Assembly (NCBI GenBank): GCA_045658925.1
Contig: JAZOVV010000051.1
Coordinates: forward strand, 734-64,733
DNA length: 64,000 nt
Reading direction: 5' to 3'
DNA from: Eubacteriales bacterium
GTDB lineage: Bacteria > Bacillota > Clostridia > Oscillospirales > CAG-272
A program made the position numbers and the translations under genes. Below the pieces are notes generated by a model that saw only the letters and a list, made by a program, of their open reading frames with translations, ran no database searches and was not told where the DNA came from. This document shows, piece by piece, positions 17,600 to 26,484 of the stretch; position 1 is the first letter of the stretch; every line of letters starts with the position of its first letter.

Positions 17600-19513
17600 A
17601 TGAAAAAACGGATTTTGACACAAATCATTTTGTTGCTTTTGGTTGCTACTATGTGCGTGCTTTCGTCCTGCAACATGGAGCAATTCCGCGGGGAGCAAGG
17701 TGCTACCGGTGAAAAAGGTGACACGGGTGCTACCGGCAACGGAATTGCAAGCATTACCACCGAAAAGGTAGATGGCGGAACCAAGGTGATCATTCAATAC
17801 ACCGACCCGTCTGTTGCAAATACAGAGTTCATCATTCCCGACGGAGAAAAGGGTGAGCAGGGTATTCAAGGTGAAAAAGGTGATAAGGGTGACCAAGGTA
17901 TCCAAGGTGAAAAGGGCGAAGATGGAGAAAAAGGCGACACGGGTGACACCGGTCGCGGTATTCTCAAAACCGAAATTATCGATGGATGCTTGTGGATTAC
18001 CTTTACCGATGACCCCGAAAATCCCGTAAACGTAGGCAGAGTTGTTCCCGAAGAAACCACTCCTCCCGAGCAAGATCCCGATGACGGGGACGGAATACCC
18101 GAAAAAATCGATATGAAAGGGTATACATACAAGGCATACGTTCGCTATTTTGCGGGAGACGATCCCGATCCGCATCAAGCACAAGTTGCAAACGGCAACA
18201 ATGATTATTATTGTGCCGATTTTTGGGTAGATGCCGAGCATAGCGAAAAAGACTATCTTTCGTATGCTGTATATAACAGAAATCAACAAATCGAGAATGA
18301 CTACAATTGCAAAATTAAGCAGATTCCCTCTGAAGGTAGTCAAATTGACCATTTGCTTGCTTGCTACACGAGTGGTGATGGCTACGATTTAACCGTTATT
18401 ACCGCAAGGCCCGCGGCGCAAGCAGCAACATACGGTCTGCTTCGCAACCTCAAGAATAGCACATATTTGGATTTGAGCAATCCTTCTTTTGACCAAAATT
18501 CCGTCAAGGAACTTTCTGTTGCAAATAAGCTTTATTTCCTGAGCGGTGACATGAACATCTCCACCATGGATGTTCTTCCTCTTACCGTTGTCAATATGGA
18601 GTTCTACGAGAATATTGCTGATGTTGTGGTTGAAGAATTTGGTTATGACACCTCTTACCAAAACCTTTACAACGTTGTTCAAAGCGGAAAATGGACAATG
18701 GATACCATGATGCATATTGCAGAGCTTGCCACTTGGGATATGGATTATAGCGACGGCACTTTAAGCGCTATTGATAAAGGGGATTATATTGGATATTACC
18801 AATACCTCAATTCTTCCATTTGGTATTACTACGGTTCGGGCGGACGCATCACCCAAAAGAACGCTCGCAATCTTCCCGAATTTGCGGTTCAGAGTTGGCA
18901 AAACGAAGAGATTTACAATTATTTGTTTGACAGATTCAATCGCAATTACGGCGGATATTGGGTTCCGCAAGGCGGATCTGACACGATCAACCAAAACTTC
19001 CTGACCGGTCAAGTTTTGTTTACCGATATGTCGCTCTTTAATGTTCGAACCGAAATTTATTACAATGCGAATTTTGAGTACGGCATTCTTCCTCTTCCCG
19101 TTTTAGAAGAGGGAATGGACTATCAAAGCGTTGTTTATTTTAACAACTGGGCACATCTTTGGGCAATTCCTACGCTTACAAACAACAACGAATATGCCGA
19201 GCGTATGATGGAAATTATGGCTACTTACTCTAGCCAGCCCGGCTCTACAATGGAAGCATACTATAGTAGAACCATTTGCCTGCAAGCCGCTAAGGATAAC
19301 GGCTCCCGTGAGGTAATGGACCTTATCAAAGACTCTACTGTTTATGATATTGCTCTTCTATATCCCGAGTGGGGTAACATCGAAACCAAGCTCATTCAAA
19401 TTTCCAATGTTTATTATCCGGAATATGTAGATATTGTTGATTCCCTTTCGTACGCTGAGGAGATTATGCAATCAACAATTGAAATGTTGTTGAACCCTGA
19501 GGGATGGTATTGA
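17600..19513 (+). CDS. lipoprotein: collagen-like G-X-Y repeats fused to an ABC-type extracellular solute-binding-like domain (637 aa)
   Basis: Lipobox VLSSC. G-X-Y runs at aa 31-48 and 82-120 are separated by short beta-rich inserts. The C-terminal ~480 aa resemble large family-1 sugar-binding lipoproteins; that part is inference. Confidence 0.8.
   Translation: MKKRILTQIILLLLVATMCVLSSCNMEQFRGEQGATGEKGDTGATGNGIASITTEKVDGGTKVIIQYTDPSVANTEFIIPDGEKGEQGIQGEKGDKGDQGIQGEKGEDGEKGDTGDTGRGILKTEIIDGCLWITFTDDPENPVNVGRVVPEETTPPEQDPDDGDGIPEKIDMKGYTYKAYVRYFAGDDPDPHQAQVANGNNDYYCADFWVDAEHSEKDYLSYAVYNRNQQIENDYNCKIKQIPSEGSQIDHLLACYTSGDGYDLTVITARPAAQAATYGLLRNLKNSTYLDLSNPSFDQNSVKELSVANKLYFLSGDMNISTMDVLPLTVVNMEFYENIADVVVEEFGYDTSYQNLYNVVQSGKWTMDTMMHIAELATWDMDYSDGTLSAIDKGDYIGYYQYLNSSIWYYYGSGGRITQKNARNLPEFAVQSWQNEEIYNYLFDRFNRNYGGYWVPQGGSDTINQNFLTGQVLFTDMSLFNVRTEIYYNANFEYGILPLPVLEEGMDYQSVVYFNNWAHLWAIPTLTNNNEYAERMMEIMATYSSQPGSTMEAYYSRTICLQAAKDNGSREVMDLIKDSTVYDIALLYPEWGNIETKLIQISNVYYPEYVDIVDSLSYAEEIMQSTIEMLLNPEGWY
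17690..17959 (+). repeat. collagen-like triplet (GGN-NNN-NNN) coding repeats
   Basis: 6 triplets at 17690-17743 and 13 triplets at 17843-17959 (GEKGEQGIQGEKGDKGDQGIQGEKGEDGEKGDTGDTGRG). Confidence 0.85.
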
Positions 19514-19534
19514 TGCCTACTACACAACAAATTT

Positions 19535-19568
19535 GGGCGAAGCTCACACGAGCTTCGCCCTCTTTTTT
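19535..19568 (+). terminator. intrinsic terminator (overlaps the stop of the convergent gene)
   Basis: GGGCGAAGCTC (19535-45) pairs with GAGCTTCGCCC (19550-60), followed by TCTTTTTT. Confidence 0.75.
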
Positions 19569-20658
19569 AATTATTCGGTTGATAAGAGGGAACCGCTATT
19601 TGCAACGCTTCTTTGATGAGTTCTTTTTGGTTTTCTCTTGCGATTGCAATGGCAAGCACCTTGAGTTGGTTTTCAACCTCTTTTTGAGAGCATGTGGAAG
19701 CCTCTTCCACAAAGATGCGTTCGTGCGCGGTGGGGAAGAGCGTTTGTGAGCTTGTTTTGAGCTCTTCGGTCAGCTTTTCGCCTACACGTAAGCCAATTTC
19801 AGTGATTTTGATGTCTTTTTCGGGTACAAATCCCGCGTCTTGAATGAGTGCTTTTGCAAGCTCATAAATGTTTACGGGCTCGCCCATATCCAAAACAAAC
19901 ACCTCGCCGCCCCTTGCCATTGCACTTGCTTGCAGAACAAGATGGCAAGCCTCGGCAATGCTCATAAAATAACGAGTCGCGCGCTTGTCGGTCACGGTTA
20001 CGGGTCCGCCCTCGGCAATTTGGCGGCGGAAAAGGGGAATGACCGAGCCGTTGGAGTCGGCAACGTTGCCAAAGCGCACAGTCGCAAAGGTTGTGGCACT
20101 CCCTCTGCGTGCACCGAGTATTTGCTCACACATCCTCTTGCTCGCACCCATTACACTTGTGGGATTGACGGCTTTATCGGTAGAAATAAGAATACATTTG
20201 AGGGCACCGTATTTTTCGGCGGCATCAAAGACGTTTTTGGTTCCAAAAACGTTGTTTTTGAGTGCCTCTCCGGGGTTTTCTTCCATCAAGGGAACGTGCT
20301 TGTGCGCCGCGGCGTGGAGCACGATTTCGGGGTGATGCTCCTCAAAAATCGCGTTGATGCGGTCTCTGTCGCGAATGGATGCAATCTCTACACAAAGGGG
20401 TAGGGCATCCCCGTATTTGCGAAGCAACTCCTGTTGAATTTCATAGGCGTTGTTTTCGTAAATATCGAGAACAATGAGTTTAGCGGGCTTGCACTCCGCA
20501 ACCTTGCGGCAAAGCTCCTGACCGATGGAGCCGCCACCGCCCGTAACAAGCACATGGCGTCCCCGTAGGACTTCGCAATAGTTGGCAGACTCCTTATCAA
20601 ATGGAGCGCGGTCGAGTAATAACGCCACACGGGGGGAATCATTTTTTACAAAATTCAT
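19567..20658 (-). CDS. CapD/PglF-like nucleotide-sugar 4,6-dehydratase/epimerase (short soluble form, 363 aa)
   Basis: Rossmann motif VTGGGGSIG. SDR-type polysaccharide-biosynthesis pattern. AGGAG RBS before the ATG at 20658. The N-terminal membrane domain of long CapD proteins is absent. Confidence 0.85.
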   Translation of the reverse strand: MNFVKNDSPRVALLLDRAPFDKESANYCEVLRGRHVLVTGGGGSIGQELCRKVAECKPAKLIVLDIYENNAYEIQQELLRKYGDALPLCVEIASIRDRDRINAIFEEHHPEIVLHAAAHKHVPLMEENPGEALKNNVFGTKNVFDAAEKYGALKCILISTDKAVNPTSVMGASKRMCEQILGARRGSATTFATVRFGNVADSNGSVIPLFRRQIAEGGPVTVTDKRATRYFMSIAEACHLVLQASAMARGGEVFVLDMGEPVNIYELAKALIQDAGFVPEKDIKITEIGLRVGEKLTEELKTSSQTLFPTAHERIFVEEASTCSQKEVENQLKVLAIAIARENQKELIKEALQIAVPSYQPNN

Positions 20659-20767
20659 AAGACACGCTCCTTTCAATACTCTTTTTGTCATTATAGCACG
20701 GTGTGAGAGGTTTGTCAAGTTTTGGTGTAGCAAATGTGAAAAAATATGAAAAAAATATGGAAAAAGG

Positions 20768-20796
20768 TTGACAATTTCCCTTCTTAATAGTATAAT
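20768..20796 (+). promoter_or_regulatory. sigma-A type promoter
   Basis: TTGACA (20768-20773), 17-nt spacer, TATAAT (20791-20796). Confidence 0.6.
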
Positions 20797-20833
20797 ATCG
20801 TTGTATTTTAAACGTTTAGGAGTTGATTTGAAA

Positions 20834-21382
20834 ATGGCTCAAAAAAGAACACAAAAATTGGCATTTGCGGCGCTTTTCGGTGCTTTGGCTTTTGCGGCTA
20901 CAATGGTAGCATTTCCTGCACCTCTTGTTGGAAACGTTAATCTTGGTGACTGTATTATCTTGATTGCTGCTTGGCTTCCTTTGGAGCCCTGGAGTATTTT
21001 TGCTGTTGCGATTGGTCCAACCTTTGCCGACCTTGCCGCAGGCTATGGAATCTACGCTCCTGCGACCTTTGTTATCAAGGCTTTAATGGTTACCGTTGCC
21101 GTATTGATTAAGCGTGGAATGCCCAAACTCCCCACACTTTGGCGCGCGCTTCTTTCGGGCGTTGCCGCCGAGCTTGTAATGGTATCGGGATATTTCATCT
21201 ATGAAGTTTTCCTCTACGAAGCAGGTGCGGCTCTTCTCAATATCTCTTTTAATCTTGTGCAAGGCGGTATTGCCATTGCAGCGGCTATTTTGCTTTCTTT
21301 TGTTCTTTCTCGCATGCCGCTCCCCGAAGTTTTGCGCTCACAGGGGACGCTTTTTGGCAAGGGGTTTGAAAAAAAGAAGTGA
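20834..21382 (+). CDS. ECF-transporter S-component-like membrane protein (substrate unknown)
   Basis: 182 aa with about 5-6 TM helices. The pattern ..NLGDCIILIAAW..GPTFADLAAGYGIYAPATFVIKA.. is typical of ECF S components. AGGAG RBS. No riboswitch-sized leader. Confidence 0.7.
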   Translation: MAQKRTQKLAFAALFGALAFAATMVAFPAPLVGNVNLGDCIILIAAWLPLEPWSIFAVAIGPTFADLAAGYGIYAPATFVIKALMVTVAVLIKRGMPKLPTLWRALLSGVAAELVMVSGYFIYEVFLYEAGAALLNISFNLVQGGIAIAAAILLSFVLSRMPLPEVLRSQGTLFGKGFEKKK

Positions 21383-21435
21383 AATCTTTTCCAAATCTGC
21401 TATATTGTAATTCATTCCCCCACAAGGAGAAAACC

Positions 21436-22137
21436 ATGAAATCTATAAAACTGTGCAGTCTTGTTTTGTGCTTGCTTCTTTTGGTGTCTGTTTGCACGTC
21501 TTGCGTATGGGAGCGTCACGAACTGCTTTATGAGGTAGAACAGAAAGGCATGATCTTTTGCGCTCGCGGAAAAGGGGAGCACGTCAAACAAATTGTTGTA
21601 AAGCAAAACGGCAAAGCGGTTTGGTCCAAGACTATCAATACAGACAAAGGAATGGGAAAAATCGATGATGCCTACGGCCTTTTGATACAAGACCTTAACT
21701 TTGACGGTTTTGACGATATTCTCATCGCTGTTGCAAAAAATGGAGATTGCGTTTCCTACGAGTGCTATCTCAGACAGGGAATAGAGCCTCAATATAAGCT
21801 TCACGAGGAGCTTTCCTCGATGTACAACGTGCGTGCAAATGCGGAGCTTAAAGCAATTTTTGCATTTGAACAAAGCATCGAGGTGCGCGAGGACGATACC
21901 ACCATCACCGGCGATAAAGTTACTAAATATTTGTGGGTAGAGGGTGAGCTTGTGCCCGATATGTATTCGGCACTCTATCAAATTTCCAATTCCCTTGAAG
22001 AGGTCCAAAAGCCTTATTGGTGGGCAGTTGCTTACTACGACGAGGAATTGGGAGATTTTCTTGATTCCGACGATAAGTGGCTTACCGAGGAAGAATACCA
22101 AGCCACCGATTGGGGATTCTTGTACTATTTCAAATAA
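21436..22137 (+). CDS. hypothetical lipoprotein
   Basis: Lipobox VCTSC. AAGGAGAA RBS. Contains a DLNFDGFDDILIA (FG-GAP-like) segment. Confidence 0.65.
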   Translation: MKSIKLCSLVLCLLLLVSVCTSCVWERHELLYEVEQKGMIFCARGKGEHVKQIVVKQNGKAVWSKTINTDKGMGKIDDAYGLLIQDLNFDGFDDILIAVAKNGDCVSYECYLRQGIEPQYKLHEELSSMYNVRANAELKAIFAFEQSIEVREDDTTITGDKVTKYLWVEGELVPDMYSALYQISNSLEEVQKPYWWAVAYYDEELGDFLDSDDKWLTEEEYQATDWGFLYYFK

Positions 22138-22147
22138 TAAAAGCGAA

Positions 22148-22185
22148 GGGGCTGTCTCAAATGCAAATTTGAGACAGCCCCTTTG
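22148..22185 (+). terminator. terminator hairpin
   Basis: GGGGCTGTCTCAAAT pairs with ATTTGAGACAGCCCC (15 bp), followed by a short T-run. Confidence 0.6.
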
Positions 22186-22210
22186 GGGATAGTCAGATTT
22201 AGGCAAGAAT

Positions 22211-22265
22211 CGTCGTTTTTCGAGGCGATAGGCGTACAAAGGGACGTCGAGCCTCGAAAACGGCG
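22211..22265. other. 15-bp stem-loop in a 428-bp gene-free gap
   Basis: CGTCGTTTTTCGAGGC (22211-26) pairs with GCCTCGAAAACGGCG (22251-65), with one G-U and one bulge. Confidence 0.4.
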
Positions 22266-22464
22266 ATAGAAAAAGTCGATAAGTATTGGAGAATTTCGAG
22301 GAAATTTAACATATTTCTGTCTCATTTACTGATTTTTATTGCAAATGAGCTCTTTTTTGTTCTTTACTTTTTCGGTCTTGCCAAATGTGACAGCCCCTTT
22401 TTGATGATTGGGTGAAATTTTGGCAAAAAAAGGGATAAAAAACAAGCAAAATTGCGTGGGAGTA

Positions 22465-22493
22465 TTTACAAACGATAAAAAGTGTGATATAAT
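22465..22493 (+). promoter_or_regulatory. sigma-A type promoter of the yybS-gdpP block
   Basis: TTTACA (22465-22470), 17-nt spacer, TATAAT (22488-22493) with an upstream TG. Confidence 0.55.
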
Positions 22494-22565
22494 ACTATAA
22501 TAATAAAGAATTATAATGCGCGTATTATGCGCGCGCGCGACAAAAGCAGAAAGGAGACGGGCGAA

Positions 22566-23807
22566 ATGAACGAAGAGAATATGCAATCTTTTGAAGCAAA
22601 AAATGATTGTCCCAAGTTGGATAAAAAAGACTTGATACTGTCCCTGTTTGCTGTTCTGCTTTCGGGCTGTGTCCTTTCGGGTGCAATTCCCGCATCCTTT
22701 ATAGGGCTTGCGGTCGGTGCTCTGTTTGCCTACACGGTTATTGCTGTTCGCAATATCGGCTCGGTCATTCAACTGCTTTTGACATCCATTATCGCAACGT
22801 TCTTGACCTTTTTGCCTATTGGCGGTGCCGCTGTGCTTGCCTTGATGCTTGGCACGGGAACGCTCGCGTGGCTATTTATGACGTTGCCAAAATACAAATG
22901 GTCGCCAATCATCCTTTTGGCGGTTTCTTACGGGTTGGGATTTTTGGTAAGCTCCAATCCCATCACACCGCTCCTGTCTTTTGCGTTTTTGCCTGCCGCC
23001 GCTCTTATGGCGTGGGCGCACGCGCGCGACCTTGGCAGAACAAGCACGGTTTTGCACACGCTGCTTGGCTTTATTGTTGCGGTGCTCGCAATTCTGTGCG
23101 CCGTTCTTTGGCAAACCTACGGCAGTGTCAATTACGATGCATTGACACGCTTTATAAACGATATCAAGGATTTATTTATCACCGTTGGTGCCGAGGCAGG
23201 GAAGATTTTGTGGGAATCGATAGAATCCGCATCCGCACAGTCGGCACTCCCACAGGAATCCTTGGAGCAACTCCGCGAGAACTTTGCACAAATCTTTAGC
23301 GAAAGCAATTTGCGTATGGTTGCCGATACGATTGTGGGACTGGCTCCTGCACTCGTCATCGTACCCACGCTTATCATTTCCTATCTTTCCAACGTGGTGC
23401 TCTTGCGCAAATACTACAACACCGAATGGCGCTCGCATATGACACCGGCGGCTTGCTCGCTGACCATCGGTCCTGCAACAGGTGTTATTTACTTTGTTTG
23501 CTTTTTGATTATGATGTTCGCCAACGGGCAATCGGTCTTTCTTATGGCAATTTACAATATGTGCCTTATCCTGCTCCCGGGCTTGTGCCTGACCGGCGTG
23601 AACGTCATTTTGCAAAATGCTCGCCGTTCCAGGGGCTTTATGGGAGTGGCATCTGTGTTGCTTTTGGTTTCGGCAGTTTGCTGCTTGGGCTTGAGTAGCT
23701 TTTACTTTGTGGCACTGTGGGGAGCATACGCTACCATTACCGTGGCGCTACACCAAAAAATTCTTCAAAAAATGAAAGACAGAGACGAAAACAGAGACGA
23801 AAAGTAA
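22566..23807 (+). CDS. yybS: YybS-like polytopic membrane protein (DUF2232 family)
   Basis: 413 aa with many TM helices. Its position directly upstream of gdpP-rplI-dnaB matches the B. subtilis yybS-yybT-rplI-dnaC order. Confidence 0.75.
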   Translation: MNEENMQSFEAKNDCPKLDKKDLILSLFAVLLSGCVLSGAIPASFIGLAVGALFAYTVIAVRNIGSVIQLLLTSIIATFLTFLPIGGAAVLALMLGTGTLAWLFMTLPKYKWSPIILLAVSYGLGFLVSSNPITPLLSFAFLPAAALMAWAHARDLGRTSTVLHTLLGFIVAVLAILCAVLWQTYGSVNYDALTRFINDIKDLFITVGAEAGKILWESIESASAQSALPQESLEQLRENFAQIFSESNLRMVADTIVGLAPALVIVPTLIISYLSNVVLLRKYYNTEWRSHMTPAACSLTIGPATGVIYFVCFLIMMFANGQSVFLMAIYNMCLILLPGLCLTGVNVILQNARRSRGFMGVASVLLLVSAVCCLGLSSFYFVALWGAYATITVALHQKILQKMKDRDENRDEK

Positions 23808-23873
23808 ATAAAATTTTGTTTTCGTTCAAACAAATAAAGCATCCCCTTACTTGACAAAAAGGAGAGTGACAAT

Positions 23874-25997
23874 ATGGCAAAAAAGAAAAGTTATGCGTCA
23901 AGAACTGACCTGCGAGCTCCGTTGATTCTTTGTGCAATCATCGGTGCGTTGCTTCTCACTATGTTCTTGGTGGTTGTATTCGTAGAGGAGGCATTGGCTG
24001 ACATTCGCTATTTGGGCATTATTCTGCTCGGTACGTACGTAGTCGCCGTAACCATCCTGCTCTCGGCATATCTTGTGCGTTATCACCGAGTTCGCTCGGC
24101 AGACGATACGGCAGAACTGCTCAATACCGAATTGAGCGATATGTTCCGCTACGTAGTTGAAATACCCTATGCGGTCGTAAACGAAGAGGGAACCGTTAAA
24201 ATCGTTAGCGGTGCCTTGCAGGAAATGCTGCAATTCCGTTCCCCCGTTTGCAACGTGCCTCTGACCACCTTTTGTGCAGTACCGATTGCAGATATCATCG
24301 CTTACGCGCAAAACGGTGGACAGGTGAAGGACATCGTCTTTAACGAGGACGGTGTACCGATTGACCGCACCAAGCCGATGATTACCGAAATCGACGGCAA
24401 AAAGTTCGGCCTCAACTGCTACATTCTGCGCTCGCGCGGAAAGGATTACTACTTCGTAGTTTTCCGCGATATTACCGAGCTTGAGGCAATGCGCCGCACG
24501 ATGTATGAGAACGAACCCGTTGTAGCACACATCGTTATTGACAGCTTGCAGGAGCTGGCACAGTACATTCGCGTCAGCTACCGTACAGCAGTCAACGAAA
24601 TTGAGGCAAAGCTCAAGGAGTGGGCGGCAAGCTTTGGCGGAATGTTGCGCGAATATGAGCGCGAGAAGTACATTCTCGTTTTCACACGCAAGGCACTCGA
24701 CCGTTGCGTGCGTAATAAGTTCCAAATTCTTGATACCATTCGCAGTATTCGACTTGGCGATAACAGCTTCCCCGTAACCATCTCCATCAGCATTGGTGCT
24801 ATTGAGGGCAGCTTTGAAGATAAGGAAAGAGCCGCAGGCGACGCCCTTGACATCGCACTCCAAAAGGGTGGCGACCAAGCTGCCGTTAACGACGGTAAGT
24901 CTGTAACGCCTTACGGCGGACGTGTCAACACGATGGCAGGCTCCACCACCATCACATCCCGCGTCAACTCCCAGCACCTTTGCCGCTTGATGAAGGATGC
25001 CGAAAACGTTTTGATTATGGGACACCGCGCACCCGACTACGATTCCATTGGTTCTTGTGTCGGTCTTGCCCGTCTTGCTATCTGTGCTCGTGGGGGAGAC
25101 ACATCCAAGATTCGCATTGTTGTCAATCGCGACCACGCAAACTTCCGTACCTGCTACGATTTGTTGGCGGCACTTCCCGAATACCGCTCGATGTTCATCA
25201 ACGGGGAGACGGCTCTGGATGCCGTACGCCACGATACGCTTTTGATTATGAGCGACGTTAACAACGTTTACAACACCGAGTGTCCCAAACTCCTCAAATG
25301 CGTAAATAACGTGGTCATCATCGACCACCATCGCCGTCAGGACCAGCTCTATGAGTTTAAGCCTTTGATGACCTATATCCGTCCCGGTGTTTCGGCGGCA
25401 AGTGAGCTTGTCAGCGAAATGCTGGAGTTCAGTCCTCACCGCGACGCGCTCCTCAAAGAGGAAGCAAACCTAATGCTCGCGGGCTTGATGCTCGATACCA
25501 AAAACTTTACCACTGCGGTTGGTATGCAAACCTTTTCGGCGGTACACTATCTCTACGAGAGAGGCGCACACGCAAGTGTTGTGCGTAAATTCTTTACCGA
25601 AACGATGTCCGACCTCTTTGTCGCATCCGATATCGACAGCCGCACACGTACCTATCGCGATAAGGTTGCGCTCACTTGGCTCAGCGTTGACAGAGTCGCC
25701 ACCGAGGACGACAACATTGCCGTTGCAAAAGCGGCAGACAAGCTGATGAACATTGACGGCATTGAAGCATCCTTTGCATTGCTTCGTGCCGATAACACCG
25801 TTACCATTTCCGCGCGCTCGCACGACAAGATTAACGTGCAGCTCATTATGCAAAAGCTTGGCGGCGGTGGACATTACGATATGGCAGGCGCGCGCCTGAC
25901 CAACGTCACTCTCGACGGCGCATGCCGCAAGCTCAAGGAAGCGCTTGACGATTATCTCGACAACGAGTACGAGGTAGAAAGACGCTCCAAAAAATAA
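23874..25997 (+). CDS. gdpP: cyclic-di-AMP phosphodiesterase GdpP (DHH/DHHA1 family)
   Basis: Two N-terminal TM helices. DHH motif (IIDHHRR) and DHHA1 GGGH motif (LGGGGHYDMAGA). 707 aa. Confidence 0.9.
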   Translation: MAKKKSYASRTDLRAPLILCAIIGALLLTMFLVVVFVEEALADIRYLGIILLGTYVVAVTILLSAYLVRYHRVRSADDTAELLNTELSDMFRYVVEIPYAVVNEEGTVKIVSGALQEMLQFRSPVCNVPLTTFCAVPIADIIAYAQNGGQVKDIVFNEDGVPIDRTKPMITEIDGKKFGLNCYILRSRGKDYYFVVFRDITELEAMRRTMYENEPVVAHIVIDSLQELAQYIRVSYRTAVNEIEAKLKEWAASFGGMLREYEREKYILVFTRKALDRCVRNKFQILDTIRSIRLGDNSFPVTISISIGAIEGSFEDKERAAGDALDIALQKGGDQAAVNDGKSVTPYGGRVNTMAGSTTITSRVNSQHLCRLMKDAENVLIMGHRAPDYDSIGSCVGLARLAICARGGDTSKIRIVVNRDHANFRTCYDLLAALPEYRSMFINGETALDAVRHDTLLIMSDVNNVYNTECPKLLKCVNNVVIIDHHRRQDQLYEFKPLMTYIRPGVSAASELVSEMLEFSPHRDALLKEEANLMLAGLMLDTKNFTTAVGMQTFSAVHYLYERGAHASVVRKFFTETMSDLFVASDIDSRTRTYRDKVALTWLSVDRVATEDDNIAVAKAADKLMNIDGIEASFALLRADNTVTISARSHDKINVQLIMQKLGGGGHYDMAGARLTNVTLDGACRKLKEALDDYLDNEYEVERRSKK

Positions 25998-26035
25998 TCC
26001 CAAGACTCATCTGTTGCACATAGGAGAAACATAAA

Positions 26036-26479
26036 ATGAAAGTGATTTTTTTAACCGACGTAAAAGGGCAGGGCAAAAAGAATCAGGTTGTTGAAGTATC
26101 CGACGGATACGCAAAGAACTTTTTGATTCCTCGCAAATTGGCAAAGCCCGCCGATGCACAGTCGCTCAATGACGTAAAGGTCAAGGCAGAGGCGCTCGAA
26201 TATCGTATTGCCACCGAAAGAAAAGAAGCGCAAGCACTTGCCGAAAAGCTGAAAGAGATTGTAGTTGTTATCAAAGCCCCTGGTGGAAGTGATAGCCGTC
26301 TCTACGGTTCTATCACATCAAAGGATATTTCCGAAACGCTCAAGAGCGCATACGGTATTGATATCGACAAGCGCAAGATTTCTCTTGCCGACCCTATCAA
26401 GGCGTATGGAAATTATCAGGCAGACGTTAAGCTTTACACCGAAGTAACGGGTAAAATCACCGTTCGTGTTGAAAAATAA
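26036..26479 (+). CDS. rplI: 50S ribosomal protein L9
   Basis: MKVIFLTDVKGQGKKNQVVEVSDGYAKNFLIP.. is a canonical L9 N-terminus. 147 aa. Confidence 0.95.
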   Translation: MKVIFLTDVKGQGKKNQVVEVSDGYAKNFLIPRKLAKPADAQSLNDVKVKAEALEYRIATERKEAQALAEKLKEIVVVIKAPGGSDSRLYGSITSKDISETLKSAYGIDIDKRKISLADPIKAYGNYQADVKLYTEVTGKITVRVEK

Positions 26480-26484
26480 AGAGT

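Noticed and set aside
22501-22540. Alternating GC run (tgcgcgcgcgcg) and duplicated ATGCGCG in the yybS 5' UTR
   Set aside because: It is short and simple, with no supporting structure or conservation evidence. It is not interpretable from one sequence.
23898-25439. 513-aa minus-strand ORF
   Set aside because: It is antisense to gdpP, whose DHH and GGGH motifs are unambiguous.
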